From Basidiobolus meristosporus CBS 931.73 (taxonomy: Eukaryota; Fungi; Basidiobolomycota), in contig MCFE01000567.1 in NCBI GenBank assembly GCA_002104905.1, forward strand, positions 1 to 57,221: a stretch of 57,221 nucleotides of DNA, in the 5' to 3' direction. The notes below the pieces were generated by a model. It had not been told where the DNA came from. It was given only the letters and a program-made list of their open reading frames with translations, and did no database searches. Below are positions 25,882 through 36,805 of the stretch, piece after piece. The position numbers were made by a program, and so were the translations under genes. Positions within the stretch are counted from its first letter, which is position 1. Each line of letters starts with the position of its first letter.

Positions 25882-26240
25882 AGCAACGGATTTGGATACT
25901 TATACAGCAGTATATTGGCATCAATCTGGTCTTATATGAAATATATATGAAAACTAAAGTGATTGTTGAATTTTCCATATATTATGCATGATGCATCTTG
26001 GATCGCGTTGACATGGATCAGATCACATCAATCGTAGATTTCCTATTTGATTATAGACCTATGATTAAAGCATCAATAAAAGTACCAAGGCATTGTTTGC
26101 GGATGATTTTTGCAACATAATGATGGGATACATGGCAATTGATGGAGATTTAACCATAATGTGTTAAAAATCAGATAAATAACGCAGATTGCGCCGAATC
26201 GATTCAAACCGCCTCCATACAATCATCCATCAATTTTAAT

Positions 26241-27125
26241 ATGACTTACTCATCTGAATGGTCTTTTCTCATCAATCCCATCACTACCACTGGATTTCCT
26301 TTTGACACACTGGAGGAGATCTATTCCAAGTACTGTGGACCATCAACCCCAATCTACTCAAGGAGATCCCTTGTTAAGCTTCTCTGCTATTACAAGAACT
26401 ATTGCCCTACAAGGTTTCATCCCACCATCCATGGCAACAAAAGCCCTAGAAGCTTTCATTCCCAGCTGACAGCAATGGAGAACCACCTTGCAGAGGGTAT
26501 GAATGACTTAGAGCAAGCTTGGAATACTAGGTTCAGAAGCTCCAATAGACTTCCATATCCCAGCGTGTTCAGCAACAGGTTCCATATCAGGAGTATTTTG
26601 GATACCTTCCCAGTGAGGATTAACAGACCTTCTAGAGGGCAGAGGCACTTTTATTCTGGCAAGTACAAGGCACACTGTGTGAAGTTTCAAGCACTGTCTG
26701 ACATTGAGGGTAACATCAACTGGTTTAGTGGGCCATTTGCTGGAAGTAGGCATGACAAAGCACTCTGGGTAGAGAATCATCCTGAATTCAGTAGAGGGGA
26801 GAAATGTATGGCAGACTTGGCCTATATAGGAGAGGATTGTCAGAGATTAGGATGTATTACAGCTTATAGGAAGCCAAGGAATGGTGTGCTTAGCAGGCAG
26901 CAGAAGCTCTACAATGAGATATTTAATCATTTCAGAGTAAGGGTAGAGCACACATTTGGATATCTGAAGAGATTCAGCATATTGGCAGGTAAATACAGAG
27001 GAAAGTCATATATAGGAGAAAACAGCAGAATAGGTAAAATAGTTAAGATACTTATTAATGCACAGTATGTTCATACAAGAAGACATCCACTGAGAGAAAT
27101 GTGTCTGGAGCATTATGAAGAGTAA
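26241..27125 (+). CDS. DDE transposase (DDE_Tnp_4 / IS5-ISL2-Harbinger type), 294 aa
   Basis: ILDTFPVRINRP, FYSGKYKAHCVKFQ, GSRHD, ADLAYIG, YNEIFNHFRVRVEHTFGYLKRF motifs; open frame. Confidence 0.92.
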   Translation: MTYSSEWSFLINPITTTGFPFDTLEEIYSKYCGPSTPIYSRRSLVKLLCYYKNYCPTRFHPTIHGNKSPRSFHSQLTAMENHLAEGMNDLEQAWNTRFRSSNRLPYPSVFSNRFHIRSILDTFPVRINRPSRGQRHFYSGKYKAHCVKFQALSDIEGNINWFSGPFAGSRHDKALWVENHPEFSRGEKCMADLAYIGEDCQRLGCITAYRKPRNGVLSRQQKLYNEIFNHFRVRVEHTFGYLKRFSILAGKYRGKSYIGENSRIGKIVKILINAQYVHTRRHPLREMCLEHYEE

Positions 27126-29689
27126 ATAAAGCAAGGAAAGCACTATTCTGAGCAACATAAGTAAGATTGATTAAATTACCAGTAACTGTATCATACCACT
27201 GGCATCATGGTAGAAATTATAGTGCCAGATAGTGCCGTAGAGTGCCAGATTGATCCGGCACTATAAACCGGCTGGCACTATGTGGCACTATCCAACGGAA
27301 CAAGTCTAATCTTCTGCATGGGAAATGGGTGTCAGTAACCAGATCCTGCAGCATTTCTTATTCTGGTAGATCTCCTAACTGGCATAATCTGCCCTGATCT
27401 GGAGCTAGTAAAATTTTCTCTCATATATGGCTGAAATAGGTATATATATTCTTCATTAGTGTTGATTGCATCATCAGGCAGGTGGCCAATGATATCAGCG
27501 GCTTTCTGATCTGAGTTCTTGTCAATTATAATGTCCCTGCTCTTGATCAGCTTCTGGGTTTTGCCATTTTTCACTCTGTACCCTTTAGTTTCAACACAAT
27601 ACCTATGAGAGATCCCTTTTCTACTCTTTGGCTCCAGCTTAGAGCATTTTATGTCATGGATGTGATAAAAGACACCACTGCCAAATATCCTGAGGTGCTG
27701 GGGGTCTAGTTTTCTGCCTGTATATGCTTCAAAGGGTGTAGAATCTCAGAGTGCAGTTGTTGGGCATCTATTATTAATTAATACTGTGGCAGCAACAGAC
27801 TCAGCCTAAAACTTGTAGTCCATTCACTTGTTGTGTAGCATAGGTCTTACCACCATTGCTATTGCTTTATTTGCATGTTCTGTGAATCTGTTTGGTTGTG
27901 GAGTATGTGAGCAGTGGTCTGTTGATGTATGCCAGTAACTGAGTAGTATATTTCCAGCTCCTTTTGGCAGTATTCCCATCTAGTGTCACCTTGAAGTAAT
28001 TTCAATTTACAGCCATTTTGTGTTTCTGCCATGTTCCTGAAGTGCTTAGACATCTCTAAACCCTCATCCATAGTTTTGAGGAAGTACACCCATGGGTATC
28101 TTGTCTTGTAATCAATAAACATCATAAAGTATCTCTGAACTCCTAAGGACAGTGTTCTCATGGACCCACGTATGTCTATGTGTACAATAGCCAAATATTT
28201 GGTAGTGTTGATTCATCCTGAGCTCCTGCAACATTGCCTAGCTTATTTGCAATATGAACATCCCTTCCAGACACTCAATATAATTGGAATTGAGTAATTT
28301 GGGCCCAAAACAAGTGGATTCTTCACTAATTGGCTTGTTTTCTGTTCCCCAATGTGTGCTAGACTCCTATGCCACATCTCCCAGTTAGTATCATCAGTTT
28401 CAGCAATGCTGACTTACTCATATATAACAATCATGCATTGTAACTTCTTTATATTGTGATCTCTGATTCCCAAAGCTAGTTTTGGTCCATTTTCACTCAA
28501 TATTGAGCAGCTCAGCTGAGTGGGAATACATTTCAGTCCCAAAGTAGTTGCTAAACTCACTTAGAGTAGGATCTTTGCTATTTCAGGTACATAGAGTACA
28601 TAAGTCAGTATTGCTGTTGTAGCCTCTGAGATATCACTCATATTTAGGTGCATAGACCCACTGGCAGTAGCTGCAAGTGCAGAGTTGTCCCCCAGATACA
28701 TCTTTCTTACAGGAATAGTCTTAGTTGCTGAACCTCTTCACTATAGCACAAATATGTTGCAATGCTCAAGAGTCAATATACCATTCATGATTTGGCTACT
28801 TGCACTCTCTGATAAGGTTACAAATAACTGTTCAGTAGTAGTTATATAGTTTGCCTGCTCTAGTTTCTGTTTTTCTGCATGTTTCTTCTTGCATTCTCTT
28901 GCCCAGCATCCTGGCTTCTTACAGTAGTTACAGCAACAAGGCTTTCTTTTGTTTTTGTTGCTCTCCTTTCTTTCCTGTGTGTCTTTCTGAGCTGAACAAA
29001 GCATTGTCTTCAATCCTCTCTGCTTGATCATTGTATCTGAGTACTTTATAGACAGGTCTTCCATTGACATTGTTTAAAGTCAAATTGTCTTCTCTGCTCT
29101 CAAATAAAAGTATGAGGGGCTCAAACCTGGCTGGTAGGCTGCAAAGCAGACAGAGTATCTTTTCTTCATTAACCACAGCTTATTTGATACTGTAAAGTTC
29201 TTTTGTAAGTGTCTCCATTCTAGCTATGGGTTGTAGCATGTCATCCTCTGGCTTCTTCCCCATGTAGAAGAACTTTCTTTCAAATAAAATCTGCTTGATA
29301 CTTTTTTGCTCTAAAGATTCTCTCTAGGGATACCCATGCTGCTTTGGCAATATTAGAAGCATGAGCATGCCAGGTCAGGGAATCTTGTACATAGATACAT
29401 ACAGCATTAAAGGCCTTTCTCTCCCTCTCTTGATACTTTTTAACCTCTTCTGCTGTTGCCTTGAGCACTAATTTCTTTCCTGTTACAATATTCCAAAGCT
29501 CTATTTCCACAGGGTGGATATTCAACCTGATTCTCCAAAGTCTGTAGTTCTTCTCATCAGACCTCTATTTTACAGGGAAGATGTATGTGTTGTTCTGTTT
29601 ACTGGCAGATGTCTTCTGTAAAATAGACTAAGGCAATTGGGGCTCATTACCTGTTGCATTTCAAGAAGTGTCTAGAAGTATATGTCTAC

Positions 29690-30340
29690 TACAGCCTCCA
29701 TATCCTCCATTGCTGATGGAGTGGAGATCCAATGATAGACAAAGCAACAAAATTAAGTACTCAAAGGTTATTACAATGCATTAAGTGGAATTTTGCAACA
29801 TTGATAGGCACACCAAAAGGTTACAGCACTACTTCAAGAGCAGTACTCAAGAAATTGTACTTGATTATTGCAAGGACATATTGCAAAGACTTGCAGATGA
29901 GGTGCTGGACCTTGCAGTGCTGGCTGAAGGCCAGGGCATATGGGAACCTGTGTATGAACAGTAGCATAGAGCCATAGGATTCTTGCCAAAGTCATGGAAA
30001 CAGAGTGTTACAGTAGAAATCCTTATTGGGTGATGGATCTCAACAGAGTTACATATTGTGTATACATGTTAGTGTAGGTTATAGGACTTATGTAGGCAAA
30101 TACAGTTGTAATTGAGTTTCAACTGAAGTTTTAACAGATATAAATCAAATTATATGCTTGAAAAGTAAGAGAAACAATTGAGTCACGAAGTAAGGAGTGT
30201 GACAGGAGGCAATAGCCAATCAATGCACACAAACATAGGAGATGATAGGGTGTCTGGGATCAGAAAGTGAAAATACTAGCAGAGAACCAATCAAAAGCCA
30301 CTTATGTAATGTTTTGATAAAAAATTTTGACTATGTTTCT
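29690..30340 (+). mobile_element. Gypsy-like gag fragment (family D)
   Basis: Inverted homolog of 33740-34390. Confidence 0.55.
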
Positions 30341-31089
30341 TGTCAAAGCTGGGGTGCAACTACTTTCTGATGGTCTTTGTGCAGTGTCATGATGTGATTA
30401 ATACCTCTCAGTCACAGGACTTGGAGTTTGTGACAGCCTTTGGATAGTTCACCTTTTCTTGTTCTTTGACCCTCCCAAGGAACTTACCCAGAACCCTATG
30501 GTTTGCCAACTATTTGGCTCTGTAGAAAACATCCCTCAAGCAATGCAAGCCGCACCCCACTCTGCCACCAAATGGTATCAGGTATTTGCCTTCAACCCCC
30601 TTGCAAGTGACAACCAGCAATGGTACTATGGTGACTCCCCATGCTCTGTGAACAAAATTGACCCTAGAGAAGCAAGTAAGTCAAGAGAGCTTCAAGCATG
30701 AAGCTCCCTCTTAACCCCCAAGATATGTGAGTACTAAACGCAGTACCCACTCTTTGCCCAAGAGTTCTCCCCAGAGTCCTACTCAAAGTCCCTAGTATCC
30801 TCCCTATGATTCCCCCATGCGCCCTCCCTCCTATCCCTGCCCTTATCTAGTTAGAACACTTACCATAACAGGAAGGTGTTCACACCCCTATTTTATAACA
30901 CATTGTCTATAATATAAGCCCCAAAGTGATATATATATCTACCCAATTGAACCAAGTGAGAGGACAAGAGGATTTGGACAAAATAAACACCAGTCTTTAT
31001 TACCTTCCTACCTTCTATTGGAAGCTATTCTGAACCAAGTGGTACTGACTTGACCTACAAGCTCTCCCAATCACCAAGTACAGTTGGTA

Positions 31090-33042
31090 AAGACACACAT
31101 GATGCACTTAGTCAAATTGCCAATCAATCAAAATCAATTGGATGCAGATGGGTCTTCAAATCAAAATACAAGGTTGATGGTACAATTGAAGGATACAAAG
31201 CAATACTTGTGGCCAAAGGATACTCTCATACAAATGGACTTGACTATACTGAGACCTTTGCACTGGTAGCCAAGTTTAACTCCATTAGACTAATTTTGGC
31301 TATTGCAGCCAAATATAAGTTTTTTACTCATCAAATAGATGTAAAAGCTGCATTTTTGAATGGAGAACTTGATGAGGACATATATATGGACCAGCCTGAT
31401 GGGTTTGTGGACCAAGATAAGCCCCATTTGGTCTGCAAGCTTAAAAAGTCACTATATGGTCTCAAACAATCACTGTCAGCCTGGAATTGCAAGATAGATT
31501 TGTATTTGGAATCTTTGAGTTTCAAAAGGAGTAATGCTGATTATAGTATATACTATAAGCCGGATAGAGCAAATCCAGTGCTATTAGCTCTATATGTGGA
31601 AGATGTTATTATAGCCACCATTAACCTAGACACATTGGAAGAGACTAAATCCAGCCTATCTAAAGAATTCAAGATGTCCAATCTAGGAGAACTCAGTCAC
31701 TACTTAGGGATTGAGTTCCCCATAGACAGAAGTACCCAGACTATTACCCTAAGCCAATCCAAGTATATTCAAGATATACTAAAGTAGTACCAAATGGAAG
31801 ACTGTAAACCAGCAGCTACCCCAATGGAGACAAACCTTAGCTTAGTCAAAACTCAACCAAATCAAGAGAGCTTGGTGCCAACTGCAAGCCCTGACTTTCC
31901 TTATCAATGTATGGTTGGCAGTCTGATGTATAGCATGCTTGGAACATATCCAGACATCCCATATTCAGTGGGAGTTATCAATACTAAGTGCGTCTTTATG
32001 CAAAGTAGCCCCTGTGTTTCACCTATGATGCAGGAGAAAATCCATTTTTTGATGTTTTTTTGTGGATCAATGTTGTGCAGGATGTGTAAGAGCACAAAAG
32101 GATTGAAGATATGCATCTGATACTCAATACCCATGGCACTCTGAATCTAGCTCCTGTGGCTTGTAACATGTCACAAAAATGCATGGCACTATCTTGGTCC
32201 ACTGGTACTATCTGGCACTATATTTAATTATTAGCCATAAAGTAAGATCAATAGAGAGCACTTATAGTGTCAGATAGTACCAGTGGACCAAGATATTGCC
32301 ATGCATTTTTGTGACATGTTACAATCCACAGGAGCTAGATTCAGAGTGCCATGGGCATTGAGTACCTGATGCATGTCTACAGTTCTTCTGTGCTCTTACA
32401 CATCCTGTACAACATTGACCTAAAAAAAAGGTAAAAAAATGGATTTTCTCTAACACAATGGGTGAAACACAGGGGCTGCTTTGCACAAAGATGCAGTGCT
32501 ATGTTTCACACTCTGTGGCCATGTATAGACTCACTTGGCCTCCCTGGCACACTATGGCATCATTTGGCACTCATGGCTCAATGTGGCACTATCCAATGGA
32601 ACAAGTCTGTTTACTAAACCATTAGCTAGAGACAACTTCAAATATCTTAGGTCAAAATTAGGACTAGTCAGTATGAACATTAAGCCAAGTGGGAGTGTTG
32701 TAAAAATTTGTAATTCCACCTAAATATTCACCTAACTTAGTCACTTAGATCATTACCCTCAAATCTTAGAGAATACTGACCAAATTCCTAATCAGGATTT
32801 ACTTAGAATATTTTCAACAAAATACCAGGTACCCAGAACATGAAAATTGTCAAAGTTGTCCAAACAGCCCCAAACTCTGCACACATGCTCTTGGGACCTC
32901 CATTAACCTATTCTATGTGTTTGTTATGCCAATACCATGTAAAAGTATAAATATTACTTTTACATTCAATAAATCTTTAAGTGAAAGCCACATAATCTAC
33001 TTGTTCTCCCAATCACTTCTAATATCTCTAAGACTCTTGCAA
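31090..33042 (+). mobile_element. Truncated copia family A copy (RT, RNase H tail, 3' LTR 32696-33042) interrupted by a MITE
   Basis: ORF 31050-31787 is highly similar to the RT at 39270-39950; LTR follows purine tract AAGTGGGAG; most of RNase H is deleted. Confidence 0.9.
31992..32608. mobile_element. Fold-back MITE, left end truncated
   Basis: Inverted arms ~31992-32222 and ~32263-32608 (inner ~80 bp differ at about 3 positions); ends GGCACTATCCAATGGAACAAGTCT, matching the PHIS-element right end at 23/24 positions. Confidence 0.85.
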
Positions 33043-34390
33043 TGGTTACCATCAACTTCTTGTATGTTCAACAACAGTACTCTTCTAGGTAGTATCAGTG
33101 TGCATTGTATGTGATTAACCACTAAGCAGTTCAATCTTTGCCCTTCAAATTTTGGTAGTATTGATGCTTAAGGGATTGAGATTCCTCCTAGATGGTCAGA
33201 TATCTTTGTTTGGGTTATCATTTACTCATTTGTCAAATAAGCTACAAGTGTCTCTTACAAGTTCATCATCACACAGGCAGGTTATATATTTATTACCTTT
33301 TATGTGATGATCAGAGACTGTGACAGTTTCACCTCTTCAATCTTCACATGCTTGCTGCATGTCTTGGCCTCATCAGTGGTATGAGTCAGCAGGATACTAC
33401 TGGTATCTCATTTGAGCTCAGATACATAGTGAAGTATGTTCATCTTATGTTGGATAAGCCAACTCTTGCCAATAGGTAAGTTGTTGGCTGTGAAGGGTGG
33501 GACTAAAACATCTTGGTGTATAATCAGATTACCTAGCCAGTTGGGGCACGTAGTTACCACACCTACAGTTGTATCTAATTGGTCATTTGCTGGCTGTACT
33601 TGAATGATATTGTTGGGGACTATTTCTAACTGTATTGGTTTTGCCAATGACTCTGCCATGATCAACATAGAGGAACCTGTGTCAATGAGGGTAAGAATCT
33701 CCTTATTCTCAAACTATCAAAAAAATGTAAGCCAGATTTTGCCACAACAATCCAAAAGTGGCTTTTGATTAGTTTTCTGACAATTTTCTCACTTTCTGAT
33801 CCTGAGCACTCTATCACCTCATACATTTGTGTGCATTGATTGGATATTGCCTCTTTTTCACACTCCTTACTTCCTGACTCAGCTGTTTCACTTACTTTTC
33901 AAGCATATAATTTGATTTATATCTGTTAAAACTTCAGTTTTACCACAATTGCCAATTGTATTGTCCTATACAGGTCCCTATATCCTACACTAACATTAAG
34001 TGCAGCCCACACTTAACAAGTAACTCCATTAGAATCCAGCACTCAATGGGTATTTCAGCTGTAACACTCTGTTTCCATGACCTTGGCAGGAACCCCACAG
34101 CTTTATGCCACTGTTGATTCACTTGTTCCTATATGTCCTGGTCTTCAGCCAGCACTACAAGGTCTAGCACCTCATCTGCCAGTCTTTGCAATAAATCCTT
34201 GCAATATTCAATTGTGTTTTCTTGAGCACTGATCTTGAGAAGTGCTGCAACCTCTTGATGTGCCTATTGATGTTCCAAAATTCCTCAGAAGGCATTGAGA
34301 TAGTCTTTTGAGTTGTTGACATTGTCACTTTATTTGTAATGAGATCTCCACTCTGCCAACAATGATGCATGTGGAGGCTGTTGTAGACAA
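33043..34390 (-). mobile_element. Gypsy-like gag-protease relic (family D)
   Basis: Retropepsin-like LIDTGSSMLIMAESLA...LPIGKSWLIQH; 33043-33460 is an inverted homolog of 50107-50520. Confidence 0.65.
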
Positions 34391-34391
34391 A

Positions 34392-36424
34392 CCTTATGAA
34401 AAAACTTGGTCCTGCCGGTGGTTCTTATTTGGATGAGCCATCAGGAGACTGTTATAATACCAGCAGCTTGGAATCAATGACCCTCTACACAAACTTATGA
34501 CAGGAATACAACAGTGTTTGGCTAATCTTACCACCAAATAAAGTTAAAAAACATAAAACTGTTTGGGTGGTGTATTGTTAAGAGTTGCATGGCATTGTTG
34601 CGGTATTAATGCGCTATACAACTATTATAGTGGATCTAACTGGCAGTACATTCAACTCCCTTATATTGCCAGAAACTTGACAGTGTTTTTATAGCCTCAT
34701 TGCAAGCCTCTGATGACATTTTCAGGGCAGTATGGTGGCCCACTGCTAGTTCTATATAATGCTACCATACCTATTTAGCAAGTGGTATTTCCTTTTTCTG
34801 CCTCCCCTTGTGCAATTTATATATTTTACTGTAGAGTTGGCCCTCTTTATTTCCTGGCCCACTACTACCCTGGGTATTCCATATATAGCTTAAATCAGAA
34901 AAAACTATGGCCTCCTGCTTACTAACCTCTACAAACTCATACACATGCTTCAATTGACATACTTCTATCACCACAACTTTACAGCTTTTGGGTGTGATAC
35001 TTGCAAAGTTGAAATATACCTTGAACTGCTGGTAACATATACATCTTTCTAACATATGCTTGGTTGCCTCTACTTCTGCTACAAATACCTCCTGAATATC
35101 CACAAAGAACTTTTTGGTATTTAGCAAATATGTTTCTTCTCCCTTCTGGATTCTAGTCCCCCTTAAAGGTGAGTTCTGGCCCTTGTTTGTGTAAATTTTG
35201 TATTGAATTGTATAGGAATTGACTTGTAGCCAATAAAAATCTGGCATACCTTGGTAGAGTTTTCCTAATAAAAATTAGCTGCTTGTTGCACTCAGCCCAC
35301 CTTTGCATTACTTAACTGATTACCCATGCATTGGGGCTGCTTAGCTTCTCAATTCCATAGGTATACCCTATGAAAAATAGTTTGGTCCTGCAGGTGGATC
35401 CAATACAGTTTAGCCATCAGCATTCCATTTGGAGACCATCTCAATACCAGCAGCTTGGAATTAGTGACCCTCTTAATGACCTTATGATGGGATCATGACA
35501 GTGTTTAGCTAATTTTACTGCCCAATAAAGTCCAAAAACTTGTCAGGGTTTGATTGGTGCTGTAACAATAATTGTTTGGCATTGTTGTGGTCTTAATGTG
35601 CTTTACAATTATTTTAAATGGTTTTAAATGGCCAGTACATCCAATTGTCTCATATGGCAAAAAACTTGACAGTGTTTTGATGGTCTCTTTGCAAGTCTCC
35701 AATGGTATTATCATGGCAGTATTGCAGTCTACTGCTAGTTCTGTACAATGCTAACATGCCAATTAACCAAATGGTATTTTCTTTTTCTACCTCCCCTTGT
35801 GCAATTCATATATTCCACTGTAGAATCACCCCTCTTTATTTGCTTACCCACTACTACCTTGGGTATTCCACATAAAGTTTGGATCAATAAAACTATGGTC
35901 TCCTGCTTACTAACCTCTGCAAATGTGCACACCTGCCACAATTGAGATACTTCTATCACCTCAACTTTACAGCTTTTTAGTGTGATACTTGCAAAGTTGC
36001 CATAGACCTTGTACTGCTGGTAACATATACGTCTTGCAAATGTATGCTTGGTTGCCACCCTTTTGCCATAAATACCTCCTCAATATTGGCAAAGAACTTT
36101 TTGGTATTTAGCCCATATATTCCTTCTCCCTGCTGGATTCTAGTCCCCCTTATAGGTGTGCTCTGACTCTTGTTTATGTGATTTCCATATTGAATGATGT
36201 AGAAGTAGGCTTATGACCAAGAGAAACCTGGCATACTTTGGTAGAGCTTTCTTAATAAAAATTAGTTGCTTATTGTACCCAACCCAATGTTGCATTACTT
36301 AACTGATTACCCCCACATTGGGGCTGCTTAGCTTCTTTATTCCAAAGGAATAGGTGCCTCCACATGCACATCTGTCCTCACTATTGTCCAACTCTTCCTG
36401 GCTGACATCTATGTACCAACTTAT
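34392..36424 (-). mobile_element. Two tandem CACTA 3' halves (34392-35345 and 35366-36424)
   Basis: Two direct, diverged ~1-kb copies of the transposase C-terminus plus terminus, starting CCTTATGAAAAAAC (34392) and CCCTATGAAAAATA (35366). Confidence 0.7.
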
Positions 36425-36774
36425 TGTTGTAAAAATTTGTATTTTCCACCTAAATATTCACCTATCTTAGTCACTTATATCATCACCTTCAAATCCTAGA
36501 GAATACTGACCAAATTCCTTGTCGGGATTTACTTAGAATATTTTCACCAAAATACCAGGTACCCAGAACATGAAAATTCTCAAAGTTGTCCAAACAGCCC
36601 CAAACTTTGCACACATGTTCTTGGGACCTTCCTTAGCCTATTCTACGTGTTTGTAATGCCAAGACCATGTAAAAGTATAAATACTACTTTTACATTCAAT
36701 AAATCATTAAGTGAAAACCACATAATCTACTTGTTCTCCCAATCACTTCCAATATCTCCAAGACTCTTACAACA
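36425..36774 (+). repeat. 5' LTR, copia family A
   Basis: TGTTGTAAAA...CTCTTACAACA. Confidence 0.97.
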
Positions 36775-36786
36775 GGTTATGAGCCC
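36775..36786 (+). promoter_or_regulatory. PBS GGTTATGAGCCC (initiator tRNA-Met anticodon-arm, half-tRNA type)
   Basis: Abuts the LTR; complementary to GGGCUCAUAACC. Same PBS at 49746-49757 on the minus strand. Confidence 0.85.
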
Positions 36787-36805
36787 CGAGCTGTCACTCT
36801 CTGCA

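Larger units (their letters stand above)
23867..27307. mobile_element. Intact two-ORF PIF/Harbinger-ISL2EU (PHIS)-type DNA transposon, Pangu-like
   Basis: TIRs AGACTTGTTCCATTG (23867-23881) and CAACGGAACAAGTCT (27293-27307), 14/15 match; 3-bp TSD AAT; the empty site restores the copia frame (A-E-D-Y-L-A-F); two divergent open ORFs. Confidence 0.9.
21696..29652 (-). mobile_element. Decayed Ty1/copia element (family E) carrying two nested insertions
   Basis: PBS GGTAATGAGCCCC at ~29640-29652; gag-protease-integrase relics 27308-29620; linker 23780-23866; RT-RNase H 21900-23410; purine tract GAGGGGCAG followed by a putative LTR 21696-21897. The reading frame is restored across both insertions. 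Confidence 0.75.
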
